DNA of 64,000 nucleotides, taken from NCBI GenBank assembly GCA_035627595.1, contig DASPLK010000001.1:69619-133618 (forward strand), read 5' to 3'. The position numbers and the translations under genes were made by a program. The DNA is from Minisyncoccota bacterium. GTDB taxonomy: Bacteria > Patescibacteriota > Minisyncoccia > Phycocordibacterales > Phycocordibacteraceae. Below, one piece after another: positions 9,147 to 19,001 of this stretch. The stretch's first letter is position 1, and each line of letters starts with the position of its first letter. The notes below the pieces were generated by a model that saw only the letters and a list, made by a program, of their open reading frames with translations, searched no databases and was not told where the DNA came from.

Positions 9147-10034
9147 TTATTCTCTGGGGCACACTGGCTTATCACTCATCTGCGCCCATGTAGCAGATGG
9201 CTCGGGTGGCGTTACAGAACTACCGTTACAACGCTTCGTGAGAACGGTGCCGCTATACGTTCCGGCCAAAACGCGTGCTTCCTGCGCCTCACACTGCTGA
9301 AGCGTGTCGAAAGATTGGTAACTTGTAAGTCGGCATTGGTCCCCGCTCTCTTCGCTTGCTAAGTTCAGGTCGAGCTTCTGGGTGCTGATATTGAACTCTG
9401 CGCCACTTGGGGGCGGTGTAGGTGGTGTGTAGTACTTGCCATGCCCACAACATACCTGGCCCTCTCCACGCGTCCCGGAGCAACAGACTGCAGTCGCATC
9501 ACCAAGCGTGACCCATCCGCCGCCAAGTACGTCGTTGCACTGCCCTCCTTGTGGAACAGTCGCGTATTGGTACTGATCATGCGTATCGTTGGTGCAGATA
9601 GGGTTTTGCGAGGGGTCGCTATTTCCTGTTCCTCCTGATGGCGCCGGCGCAGTCTCAAGAAGGTCTGCACTGAAATTAAGCTCTAGAATCTTCGGATTGA
9701 TAATACCGAAAACGATTACGGGCGAGAGTACAAGGATGAGACCGAAGACGGCGCCCTGAAGGAGTGAACGTGCCTGTTCATTCTCAGAAACGCTTCCCTT
9801 GTTGGTCATAAATAGAATGCCGGCACGGATAATCTGGAGGACTGCGATAGCGGCTGCAACGCCAATACAAATCTTATACAACTGGTTGAGAAATGATGTG
9901 ATATTCGGCGCCTCCCCTGCAGTCTCGAGGCCAGGGATGCTGGTAAGTGGTGCGAATGAGTTGTCCGTCTGGCCAAACGCAGTAGCAGGAATCAAGATGA
10001 GTGCGAGTGCGAAGAAATGGATGAGGAGTGTCAT
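9147..10034 (-). CDS. VirB2/TrbC-like T4SS pilin with Cys-rich C-terminal extension
   Basis: Signal peptide, then two hydrophobic helices (IGVAAAIAVLQIIRAG...A..L..AVFGLILVLSPVIVFGIINP), then a Cys-rich domain. Confidence 0.75.
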   Translation of the reverse strand: MTLLIHFFALALILIPATAFGQTDNSFAPLTSIPGLETAGEAPNITSFLNQLYKICIGVAAAIAVLQIIRAGILFMTNKGSVSENEQARSLLQGAVFGLILVLSPVIVFGIINPKILELNFSADLLETAPAPSGGTGNSDPSQNPICTNDTHDQYQYATVPQGGQCNDVLGGGWVTLGDATAVCCSGTRGEGQVCCGHGKYYTPPTPPPSGAEFNISTQKLDLNLASEESGDQCRLTSYQSFDTLQQCEAQEARVLAGTYSGTVLTKRCNGSSVTPPEPSATWAQMSDKPVCPRE

Positions 10035-10036
10035 AG

Positions 10037-11011
10037 CTATAGTCCGAATATACCAAGAGCGCGGTCTTCACCGAAACGAACACTGAGCGACGTATCGGCT
10101 GACTGAAAATTCTCCTCATGCCGCGCCGTTGCTGATAGGAGTGCAGAACCCCGGCCGGAGCCAGTCGCGCGGACTGTTATATCGTCGTCTCCCCCACTCG
10201 CAACTGCGTTTACAGTCCAGGAGAGTATAGGACGCGCTGCGAAGTAGTATGGAACCATACGGAAGGAATCCTCCTCACCATTCATAGCAAACGTCCCACT
10301 GAACGCTCTATCAAATATCGGTCCTAGGAGTGGGTCGTTCCTATATATACGTACCAGCGGGTCTACGGGCGCAATAGCTGCAGTCGCCTGTGCCACGACT
10401 GCACTATCTTGCGTGGATACGGTCACCGAGACATTTGCGTCGCGGTATCTGACCGGCGCAGTCGCAGTGAGTGTTGAGCGTCCAATGCCGGAGGCGCTCT
10501 CAAGGATCTGATTTCCGAGCCGCCACGTGTAGACAAGATTCTCTGCTGCGACCGCGCCATTTGCAGTGCGGATATCGGGGATAGCGATGAGCCTGACCCT
10601 GCCCTCAGACGCTACGAGACTGCCGCCCTTATAAAATGGATGCGCGGTCGAGATGGGCTCGACGATGAGCGATACGTCGGCAGGCCGAACAGCGGTCTCC
10701 GCAGTATAGGTCTGACCGTTAGAGGTTACTGATACACGTATAGTTGAACGCTCCCCTGCCGCTCCAACCTGCGTGTATGCGGTGAGGACGCCTGTGCCCT
10801 CTTCTATAACGGTCCCATTGACCGAAACAGTCACTGTGCTCGCTGCCAGATTGAGTTGGGTGCTTCTCGGGGTGATTGCAATCGTCTGGTACGGCCGCGG
10901 GTACTGCGGCGAGATAGAAATAGTTATAGGAGCCGCTCCCACTTGAGCGTGCGCGGGAATGGCACCCGCTAATGCGGAGAGGAAAAGGACACTGAGAAGC
11001 ACGCGGAACAT
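10037..11011 (-). CDS. Secreted beta-rich (Ig-like) protein, T4SS cluster
   Basis: Signal peptide AHA-Q; ISISPQYPRPYQ, LVYTW and WTVN beta-sandwich-like motifs. Confidence 0.7.
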   Translation of the reverse strand: MFRVLLSVLFLSALAGAIPAHAQVGAAPITISISPQYPRPYQTIAITPRSTQLNLAASTVTVSVNGTVIEEGTGVLTAYTQVGAAGERSTIRVSVTSNGQTYTAETAVRPADVSLIVEPISTAHPFYKGGSLVASEGRVRLIAIPDIRTANGAVAAENLVYTWRLGNQILESASGIGRSTLTATAPVRYRDANVSVTVSTQDSAVVAQATAAIAPVDPLVRIYRNDPLLGPIFDRAFSGTFAMNGEEDSFRMVPYYFAARPILSWTVNAVASGGDDDITVRATGSGRGSALLSATARHEENFQSADTSLSVRFGEDRALGIFGL

Positions 11012-11062
11012 ATGCCTAGTATAGCTTGCATGTGAGCCACTGCAGAGAGTGGGCGTGGGTAT

Positions 11063-11488
11063 CTACGCAGCTTCCTCTTGCCTGCGGGTAGTGTAATTAT
11101 CATTAGCTGCTCTCAAACGGTTGTCATTCGCTGCCTGTCGCGCTGCTTTGTTCTTAGCTGCAAGCTTCTGCGCCTTCTCTTTGTCCTCTTTGCGGGTTAG
11201 GTAGACTACCCATATCACCGCCAGAAGTTGCGTAGGAAACATATTTATTAAGGGAAACGACTCGATAATACCTGCGCCTCCCATCGCCCCAAATTTCTTG
11301 AGCGCATTTTTCCCTGACATGAACCGCACTCCGAGTATGGCAAGCCATAGCCACATAACAAATATGCCGAACCATTCCCAAATGGTGCCCAGTATCGGCA
11401 CCATGCCAGCAAAGAAGCCTATGCCCTGGAACGTGGCTGAAGTGGCTATAAGGAAGAACGCGGTCCCGCGACTAATGCGCTCGTGCAT
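11063..11488 (-). CDS. Small membrane protein with basic tail
   Basis: Three to four hydrophobic segments, IESFPLINMFP motif, AANDN repeat in the tail; follows virB4. Confidence 0.7.
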   Translation of the reverse strand: MHERISRGTAFFLIATSATFQGIGFFAGMVPILGTIWEWFGIFVMWLWLAILGVRFMSGKNALKKFGAMGGAGIIESFPLINMFPTQLLAVIWVVYLTRKEDKEKAQKLAAKNKAARQAANDNRLRAANDNYTTRRQEEAA

Positions 11489-11497
11489 ACTCCCCTA

Positions 11498-13309
11498 CTA
11501 TACTCCTTCCATTCGTTCCTTCTCCTTTCGAATCGCAAGAAGCTGCGACGGATCCGAGGTAATGATCTGATCCTCGGTATAGGAGGCAACAATCTTTATG
11601 GCGACGTGCTTCATACCCGCAAAGAAGAGTCCTTCTCCGACACCAGACTCGAGGAGGAGGTACTTCTCTTCATCGGTAAGATTGAAAGTCTCTTTGAGAA
11701 TGTCGATCGTTGTTGGCGACTGCTTTAGGAGGAGCTGTATGGATGAGTTTGTAAGTATTGGCCGGCCATACGGAGAGCGGAGGAAGTCCTCTACATCTTG
11801 GGTAATTGTGGCGAGTCCCAAATAGTACTTACGCCCACGCTTAGCCATAGAGTAGAGGAAGGATGCGGTATCATCCGATTTCATCATCCACCAAGCCTCG
11901 TCGATAACGAGGAGGCGCCTCTTCAACTCTTGGCGGACTGCGTTCCAGATGTAGTGCGTAATGATATACATTGCGACCGGCTTCAGGTCGTCCTCCATAT
12001 CACGCACAGAAAAAACGATGAGCTGTTTGTTGATATCGACGTTCGTCGGGCGGTTGAGGAATCCTGACCAAGTGCCCCTCGTGTACTTTGAAAGGCGCTG
12101 TACCAATGACTCGCTTCCTTCCATACCAGACAGCACACTTTCAAAATCAGACAGCAGGGGCGGCTCCATGCCAGTGAAGTCCGCGTCACCGGTTATATCC
12201 TTGAGTGCGTATGTCTCTGTTATCGCGCGGTCGACGATGGCATCCTCTTCAGGGCTAAGGCCGCCAAGCATGATGCGGAAAAGACCAACGAGGTTAATGA
12301 TGTTCGAGCGAAGTATGTCAGAGGGCTCCTCGTCGTCCTTGACTGCTGGCAGATCAAACGGATTGATATGGTGCTCGGAAGAGAGCGAGATATTAAATGT
12401 GCGGCCACCTGTCGCCTGCGCGAGGTACTCGTATTCTCGCTCCGGATCGATGACTATGACGTCCGTCTCAAACATGAGTGAGCGCAATACTTCGAGCTTC
12501 ACGGCGTAGCTCTTTCCAGAGCCGGACTTTGCGAACACGACCGAGTTGTAGTTCTCAAGCGAGAATCGATCGAAGAGCACCAGGGAGGCATTGTGGCGGT
12601 TGATGCCGTAGAGAATTCCCCTATCTGAGGTAAGGTCGAATGAGACGAATGGGAAGAGCGAGGATAGAGGCGAGGAATTGAGCTTCGAGTGCGAATTCAA
12701 TTCATCAACAGCGAGCGGAAGCGTAGAGCGGTAACCCTGCTCCTGCTGGAACAGAGCCGGCTTTGTATAGACGAGCTTCGCATCAAGAATGCCGCGTATC
12801 TCTGCCTCCACCTTATCGAGATCTTCCTTCGTACTTCCGTACACAGTTATATAAAGACCCACCTCAAAGAGACGCTCCTGTGCTTGCTGGAGCTGGTCGC
12901 GCAACTCTTCGAGATCTCGGTATGCGGTATCAAGCATAGGGTCGCGCACAAAGCCCTTCTCTTCCCTTTCAGCAATCTGGCTCTGCACTTCCGCAACCTT
13001 CTTTTGAAAGTTTCGCATTACAAGACTCGTATCAAGTGGATGTATATGGATGGATACATCAAGTTGCTTGGAGAGATTGATGATGGGGGTAAACCAGCTA
13101 TCGGACAGGAAGCGCGGATACGAAATCGTATAAAAGGTACGCGAGAACTTCTCTCCTATCTCAAGTTCCCGTGAGCCGACCTTAAGCGCTGCAGGTGCGA
13201 TGGTGTCTGCGAGGTCGAGCTCGCCTGCGGCATAGATATCAGCTGGCAGGACCGGTGTTATTTCCGGTCCATCTTGATTTTTCTTGCTAAAGAAGTCGAG
13301 TAGGGCCAT
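11498..13309 (-). CDS. virB4: VirB4/TraE-like T4SS ATPase (C-terminal part)
   Basis: Walker A AKSGSGKS, VIDPEREY, INPFD, Walker B LLVIDEAW, KRGRKY, ITQDVEDF. Confidence 0.93.
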   Translation of the reverse strand: MALLDFFSKKNQDGPEITPVLPADIYAAGELDLADTIAPAALKVGSRELEIGEKFSRTFYTISYPRFLSDSWFTPIINLSKQLDVSIHIHPLDTSLVMRNFQKKVAEVQSQIAEREEKGFVRDPMLDTAYRDLEELRDQLQQAQERLFEVGLYITVYGSTKEDLDKVEAEIRGILDAKLVYTKPALFQQEQGYRSTLPLAVDELNSHSKLNSSPLSSLFPFVSFDLTSDRGILYGINRHNASLVLFDRFSLENYNSVVFAKSGSGKSYAVKLEVLRSLMFETDVIVIDPEREYEYLAQATGGRTFNISLSSEHHINPFDLPAVKDDEEPSDILRSNIINLVGLFRIMLGGLSPEEDAIVDRAITETYALKDITGDADFTGMEPPLLSDFESVLSGMEGSESLVQRLSKYTRGTWSGFLNRPTNVDINKQLIVFSVRDMEDDLKPVAMYIITHYIWNAVRQELKRRLLVIDEAWWMMKSDDTASFLYSMAKRGRKYYLGLATITQDVEDFLRSPYGRPILTNSSIQLLLKQSPTTIDILKETFNLTDEEKYLLLESGVGEGLFFAGMKHVAIKIVASYTEDQIITSDPSQLLAIRKEKERMEGV

Positions 13310-13312
13310 ATG

Positions 13313-13945
13313 TTATGCGAAACGGATAGGGTTTTCATGCTCGCTCGGATTGAAAGAGCGGTATAGAAGCTCGATGATCTCCTCGGTACCAAGCGGCACG
13401 GCACGGACGCCGCTTCCCTGAAGCGCGCTTCCTACGAGCGCCATGCGCTGCTCAAGCTGCACACGAAATTGCACGAACTCATCCGTTCCTTCGCCAGTAG
13501 GCGCTGCACCGGCCTCCTTCTTTATGAACGGCAGTGCGCCAGAGACGGCAGTAACAGCAGCTGGGCTGTAGGGTACGACGACATAGAAGAGCTTCGTCAT
13601 AATGTCTGTTCCTTCTATGAATGAACTAATGAACTGCATGTACTCTCGAAGCTGGATGCGCATAAGCTCGGAGGACTGCTTGTCTGCGCGTTCCTCAAGA
13701 AGTGCGAGGTAAGGACGGATATCTATCTTTCTAGACTGTACGACTATTTCGACCGAGAAATCGAGCGTGTTGAGGAAGTTTTGGAAACCGCCTATGATAG
13801 CGCGCTGCTCATCCTCAGACTTAAGTGCGAAGTTCACTGATGAGCACATGAGAATACCGCGGTATCCTCCATCCTTAAGGATTACTACGCCGTTACGTAT
13901 TTCCTTAACCGGTACGAACTCTTGAGCTGCGCGTGCTGCGGGCAT
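13313..13945 (-). CDS. Protein resembling the N-terminal domain of monoderm VirB4/TraE, encoded as a separate gene
   Basis: AQEFVPVKEIRNG...SVNFALKSEDEQRAII..FQNFLNTLDF; lies between prgI and virB4. Confidence 0.8.
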   Translation of the reverse strand: MPAARAAQEFVPVKEIRNGVVILKDGGYRGILMCSSVNFALKSEDEQRAIIGGFQNFLNTLDFSVEIVVQSRKIDIRPYLALLEERADKQSSELMRIQLREYMQFISSFIEGTDIMTKLFYVVVPYSPAAVTAVSGALPFIKKEAGAAPTGEGTDEFVQFRVQLEQRMALVGSALQGSGVRAVPLGTEEIIELLYRSFNPSEHENPIRFA

Positions 13946-13947
13946 GA

Positions 13948-14361
13948 TTAAGAGGCGTTACTATCCTTAATATCCAAGGACCATGCGAGCTCATGGAGCT
14001 TGTTCTGCGAAAGCCCAAGCTTCTGTCTCGTTTCGACCGCAGGCGTAGGCGGGACAGGCATAGTCTGCACCTGAGTCTTCTTCTCTACCCTTTTCCAGAG
14101 GTATAGGCGGCTTCCAAGGTAATAATTAAAACCCGACTCGAGCACGTCGAGGAACGGTCGATTGTTTACCTTGTAAAACGCGAGCGCAAGCGTGAAAATC
14201 GCGAGCGGAATAGCAAGCGCGATGCCAATGATACGTGGGAGATAGAGTACGAGCACGGCGCAGAGACCAAAACCGCCAGCAACGTAAACAAACTGCTTGA
14301 TAGAAAGCGGGCCGAATACTTTCTCTTCGACCTCAATGAACTGTGGTACTTGGTACTCCAT
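13948..14361 (-). CDS. PrgI-family (VirB3-like) membrane protein
   Basis: MEYQVPQFIEVEEKVFGPLSIKQF, two TMs, KVNNRPF. Confidence 0.88.
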   Translation of the reverse strand: MEYQVPQFIEVEEKVFGPLSIKQFVYVAGGFGLCAVLVLYLPRIIGIALAIPLAIFTLALAFYKVNNRPFLDVLESGFNYYLGSRLYLWKRVEKKTQVQTMPVPPTPAVETRQKLGLSQNKLHELAWSLDIKDSNAS

Positions 14362-14407
14362 TGCCTACATAGTATAGCAACACCCCGCAAGAAAGCGGGG
14401 TGTGCGT

Positions 14408-15127
14408 TTAAAATGGTTCGCGATACGGATCTGCCGCGTAGTCTTTCGTGAGCGGTGTGCGCTGCCCTTCTTCAGTCGGTAGGTTTGGCGGTGGCGGTGG
14501 CGGTTCCCACGCGGTGACTGGAGGAGGCGCTGGACGTTCGATCACCGGCTCCGGAACAGGCGGTGGCGGTGGCGGTGGCGCGGGAGGCTGTTGTGGAGCT
14601 TGGTACTGCAGCGGTGGCTGGGTGGTCATGTATGGCTGCGGCACAGCGGTAATTGATACCGGAACCCAGTATGTCTGTTGCTGAGCGCCTGGAATTGGTG
14701 GCGTATATACAGGCTGCGGCTGTTGCGGGACCTGATACTGAGGTGGTGCCTCTATTTGGGAAGGTGGAGAAACAGGACGTGGTGGTTCGGGGCGTCTCTC
14801 CGATTGCTCCTGCTCTTTTCGACGCAAGGGCTTGAATACCATCTCATTCACATCAGTAGTGAGTCCATTGATTGAAGGCTCAGGGATACCGGCTTCACGT
14901 AGAGAATCTCTAAACTCATCTGGTGTCTTTACTCCAAGCAGCATTTGAAGATACGCGCGTTCGAAATCCCCAGCCTGGTCAGCATGAAGACCGTATTTCT
15001 GCATGAGTTCGAGCGCAACACGGTCGCGCTCAGGGCTCATAACGAATTCCCGGATCGGTTCAGGTATCCGCAGCAGCGCCGTGGCAACTGCGTCATCGAC
15101 ATTGCTAAGCTGCTGAGGTTCATCCAT
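14408..15127 (-). CDS. Proline-rich hypothetical protein ending DPYREPF
   Basis: Helical N-domain, long P/Q-rich linker and DPYREP C-terminus recognised as recurrent in Parcubacteria. Confidence 0.75.
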   Translation of the reverse strand: MDEPQQLSNVDDAVATALLRIPEPIREFVMSPERDRVALELMQKYGLHADQAGDFERAYLQMLLGVKTPDEFRDSLREAGIPEPSINGLTTDVNEMVFKPLRRKEQEQSERRPEPPRPVSPPSQIEAPPQYQVPQQPQPVYTPPIPGAQQQTYWVPVSITAVPQPYMTTQPPLQYQAPQQPPAPPPPPPPVPEPVIERPAPPPVTAWEPPPPPPNLPTEEGQRTPLTKDYAADPYREPF

Positions 15128-15154
15128 ACCTCTATTGTATACGATGTGTGATCA

Positions 15155-17608
15155 CTAGTGACCACCACCGTGCCCATCGTCCTTCTTTGCGGCACCATGA
15201 CTGTCACCCGACGCCCCGTTCTTCTGCTGAGCCTTGAGTGCGTCCGCAAGTTTCTCTATCTCCCCCTTATTAATATTCTTAATAATCTTCTCCTTCGCAT
15301 GATGGTCGGCGTCCGGGCCTATGGTCTGACCGTAGGCAAATTTCGCTGTCGCATTAACGAGCCCGCCCTCTTTGCCCGGCATTTCACCCATTCGCTCAGC
15401 GTATACGCGCTGCGGCGCTGACTTGAGATCTTTCTTCGCAGCCTCCTGACCTGCGATCCACTGCTTCTGGCGTGCTTCCTCTGCAGCGCGCTCCTTATTC
15501 TGCTCTTCAGTCAGGCGCTTATACTTCTCGTTTAGATTGCTGATAGCAGTCTCAGCGGCGCTCACCGCAGCTTGATTGCCACGCGCTCGCGCATCCGCAG
15601 CTTCCTTCTCGCGCTCCTTAATTTCATCCCGTATTGGTGTGCGCTCGCTCCGATGGCGTACATCCATATCATTAAGAACCTCGGCGTCCTTTTGCTTCTT
15701 TGTAGCTATCTGCGTGTCAATTTCCTTTATTATTGTAGTCTCCTCCGCCGTGTTCTTTAGGTCCTTAGAGTACTTTTCGCGTTCCTCTTCAGCATGATGA
15801 ACGATTCCTGCGTATCCACCCTTCTTCGCGTCGCCAAGTTTTAGGTGCGCAGCACCAGCAGCGCCACTCACAATCTTAGAGGCGCGAGGATCAAAGCTTG
15901 ATTTAGCACCTGAATCAAGACCGCCAACAACCATCTTGCCAAGACCGCTACGGCCGAATTCGGTATGCCTGAGTTTGTCAGCCTGTTTGTACATGGCACG
16001 CCCGGCTGTTCTCCTACCTACAAACCCCATACCGCCCATTACCACGCCACTCGCTTTACTGGTCGCGAAGCTCGCGCCCATAGCTCCAAGGCTACTTGCG
16101 ATCATTAAAGAACCAACCATAAACCCGATTATGAGGAAGAAGAGAATGAATATGCCGCCCGTACCAGCACCTCCAGCAGCAAACGCCTGAACAAGGGATG
16201 CGCCTGTAGTATTAAATGTACTTTGAGCCCCCTCCATTATCTTCAGTCCAACAAAAAGCATAAGAAGGAATAATGGAGCAAAGAACGCTTGGGAGATGAG
16301 CTTGTTCCACCACATCTTGGAATACTCTTCGAACTGCGGGATTGCTGTTGCGGCGAACCCAAGAGGAGATATCACCAAAAGGAACATAAGGGTTACTGCA
16401 CGGATAATGAGCATGATGGAGGCGGCAATAAATACCACCATCATGACAATGATGAGTATGAGAAGGCCTGTGTAGGTTAGGAGCATCCCAAGTCCGTCGG
16501 TAGCAGTCCAAATGGCGCCCAGGCTTCTGAACCCTTCAAATGAGAATATGCTGCCCATCCCAGCAGCCGCAAGAATCTTTCCTGAGATACCATCACCAAC
16601 GCACTCTGCCGGCGTGCCGCCGCTTGCAATAGTTCCTGCATCCCCACCGCAGTTCACATTTCCAGCTTCTGTATAGAACGCTGCGCTAAAAACGTTTGCA
16701 ACATCCACAATTGCAGACGACACAAGAAGGCTGAAGTTGATAAGAATGGCAAAGATAAGGAGGCGTGGCAGTGCCTTTCCGACACTGAAGTGTCCAACGT
16801 TAAGAATGGTCTGAATACCGATGAATATAAATCCAAAGAGAAGAAGTATGTTGCCAAGATCTCGAAGCACGCTCCATGCGACGAGAAGACCAGGAGAGTT
16901 ACCGAAGTAAGTGCTGTATTGGAAGACTGTGACAAGCACAATCCAGTTGAACAGCATGCCAAACACACCAAGGAGTGCGCCAAGTACTGAGACAAGAATC
17001 CAAAGTACAGATGCGCCAAGCTTACCTATGATGCTGCCGAGACAATCAGACAAGTTTCCCCCGATTAAACTACAACTGTCAGTTCCCGCAGCGCCATCTA
17101 CCTGTTGAACAGATTGAGTGCCACCATTCCCATCTGGAACTTCCGTGACGGTTACATTTGCAATATCAGACTGCCGACCAATCTCAGTGCCATCGGGTAG
17201 TACAACCTCTGCAACAATTTTCTGGGAAGCGAGATCATCCTCAAACCAAAGCGTATATCGATTATCACTAAATGTGACCCTACAATTCTCTAGCGAGTCT
17301 CGATTCGTGACTCGATAGGTACAGATAGAGGTAATGGTGACCGCCGGATTAGTCCCTAGCTCTAAGCCTTGATGAGTACAATTAGGCTCATCGTTCGGGG
17401 TGTTACAAAGGACAGCTTCAAACTGCTGCTGGGTAAAACCTACAGCATTGGGTCTTGCCTGTTCTTTAGGGAAAGAGGGCCACGTGGGTAGCGCAGTCTG
17501 CGCCTGAGACGCGCTTGGAAGGAACGCAAACCCACTAACGAGAACCGCAGCGGTCGCGAACGCGACCCCTGCTTTTCCTAGCCAACCTTTGAAGCGCGAT
17601 ACCCGCAT
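15155..17608 (-). CDS. Extended VirB6/TrbL-like polytopic membrane protein
   Basis: Signal peptide, Cys-containing ectodomain, W..LRDLGN, AILINFSL, LLVISPLGF, WWNKL..AFFAP TM core, coiled-coil cytoplasmic tail. Confidence 0.82.
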   Translation of the reverse strand: MRVSRFKGWLGKAGVAFATAAVLVSGFAFLPSASQAQTALPTWPSFPKEQARPNAVGFTQQQFEAVLCNTPNDEPNCTHQGLELGTNPAVTITSICTYRVTNRDSLENCRVTFSDNRYTLWFEDDLASQKIVAEVVLPDGTEIGRQSDIANVTVTEVPDGNGGTQSVQQVDGAAGTDSCSLIGGNLSDCLGSIIGKLGASVLWILVSVLGALLGVFGMLFNWIVLVTVFQYSTYFGNSPGLLVAWSVLRDLGNILLLFGFIFIGIQTILNVGHFSVGKALPRLLIFAILINFSLLVSSAIVDVANVFSAAFYTEAGNVNCGGDAGTIASGGTPAECVGDGISGKILAAAGMGSIFSFEGFRSLGAIWTATDGLGMLLTYTGLLILIIVMMVVFIAASIMLIIRAVTLMFLLVISPLGFAATAIPQFEEYSKMWWNKLISQAFFAPLFLLMLFVGLKIMEGAQSTFNTTGASLVQAFAAGGAGTGGIFILFFLIIGFMVGSLMIASSLGAMGASFATSKASGVVMGGMGFVGRRTAGRAMYKQADKLRHTEFGRSGLGKMVVGGLDSGAKSSFDPRASKIVSGAAGAAHLKLGDAKKGGYAGIVHHAEEEREKYSKDLKNTAEETTIIKEIDTQIATKKQKDAEVLNDMDVRHRSERTPIRDEIKEREKEAADARARGNQAAVSAAETAISNLNEKYKRLTEEQNKERAAEEARQKQWIAGQEAAKKDLKSAPQRVYAERMGEMPGKEGGLVNATAKFAYGQTIGPDADHHAKEKIIKNINKGEIEKLADALKAQQKNGASGDSHGAAKKDDGHGGGH

Positions 17609-17612
17609 AGCG

Positions 17613-19001
17613 CTATGTCCTACCGCACAGTTTTGCCTTTTCCGTCATCTGCATATATAGAGAGTCTCCTCCCTCACCGCTTGTGCGGCTTTCAGTTTGT
17701 GAGCGTGCAAGGTCGCTCGCAGTCGGCATCGTATTAGCCATGAGTTGCTGGTACTCAGTTGAGACCTCCTCAAGTGCTGCGATCTGGTTGCCGCCTGCGG
17801 CATTATTTGCCGCAGCAAGCTTGGTGGTGAGAGAGTCGATGCCTGCAACCGCTGCGTCGGCGCGTGCAATCGCTGCGGCCGACTCGGTAAGTACAGCTTG
17901 AACTTCGGAGTCGTTGGTACAACTTGCCGCGGCCTGCGCTGCGCCCTGAATCTTCTGCCAATTAGACTTATGCGTCTCCACTTGGCCGCGCTGGTTGCGT
18001 AGGGTCTGCGTGAAGGTTGCGTTCGCCCCCTGCGCGTTTGTCTGGTCAGAACTTGATGCGCGATCAATGTATGAAGAGCCGCCGCCGGAACTAGGCTGCG
18101 TAAGTCCGCCAAGTCCGCTGCCGCCAAGAATGTTCGAAGTAAGCTGTGCAAGAAGTGCGCCGACGATCTCATTGAACTCATCAGCAAGACCGAGCTGGTC
18201 AAGCTGGGATCCGAGGGTCTTCTCGAGTTGGCCCTCAATGACGGCGCCCGGGGTCTGAATCTCTCCGCCCGCACACTCACTTTCTGCGCCAGAGAGATCT
18301 ACAGTTTCATCGCCTGCTGATGAACTGGTAGTACACTCACCGCGCCAGGAAAGGAATCCCCTACCCCATTCAAGCTCGGTGCGACGTTGATCCTCTGCAC
18401 TTGAGACACGGCTGCCAAGCTCATGCTGTGCTTCATGGAGCGCACCAATAGGATTGTTCTGTGGATTTCTCCATGCCTCAATCCAAGCGTCCCATCCGCC
18501 CTTAGAGAAATCACCCGCAAGAAATGCGTTCGGATCTTCTGACACCTCATTAAGAGTGAAGCGGTTTGTGTTGAAATAAGAGCCTGAGCCGGTCGAGCGG
18601 AAGTAATCATCACGCACTGCCTGCACAATATCGTCCCTGAATGGTGAATCTATCTCGTTCCGGTCGCGCAACTCCTCAAAGAAATCGTCGGCAACACGGT
18701 CCCCTACCCTAAGCAAGTTACGGTTGAGGTCAGTTACATATGCAGGAGAGCCGTCAAAGCCTGAATTGATCCAGTTAACAGTGCTCTTGGTGACGGATTG
18801 GAGCGCAGACCGTGCCATGGTCCACGCGATCGCATCGAGACCACCTTCCTTTAGCATGTCCCAGCCCTGAGATGCCGCTGTTATGGTGTTCTGGATGAGG
18901 TTTATCGGGTCTTGAACGATAAACTGCGCATGCGTCGTGCGCGGTACGCTCGTAAAGAGAAGCGCTGCTACAAGAAGAAGTGCAAGTGGTGTGCGGATCA
19001 T
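17613..19001 (-). CDS. Secreted helical protein with a VirB5/TrbJ-like N-terminus
   Basis: THA-QFIVQDPINLIQNTITAA after a signal peptide; upstream of the virB6-like gene. Confidence 0.6.
   Translation of the reverse strand: MIRTPLALLLVAALLFTSVPRTTHAQFIVQDPINLIQNTITAASQGWDMLKEGGLDAIAWTMARSALQSVTKSTVNWINSGFDGSPAYVTDLNRNLLRVGDRVADDFFEELRDRNEIDSPFRDDIVQAVRDDYFRSTGSGSYFNTNRFTLNEVSEDPNAFLAGDFSKGGWDAWIEAWRNPQNNPIGALHEAQHELGSRVSSAEDQRRTELEWGRGFLSWRGECTTSSSAGDETVDLSGAESECAGGEIQTPGAVIEGQLEKTLGSQLDQLGLADEFNEIVGALLAQLTSNILGGSGLGGLTQPSSGGGSSYIDRASSSDQTNAQGANATFTQTLRNQRGQVETHKSNWQKIQGAAQAAASCTNDSEVQAVLTESAAAIARADAAVAGIDSLTTKLAAANNAAGGNQIAALEEVSTEYQQLMANTMPTASDLARSQTESRTSGEGGDSLYMQMTEKAKLCGRT

Noticed and set aside
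14488-14583. GGCGGT tandem repeats (also 25494-25530)
   Set aside because: They simply encode poly-proline linkers.
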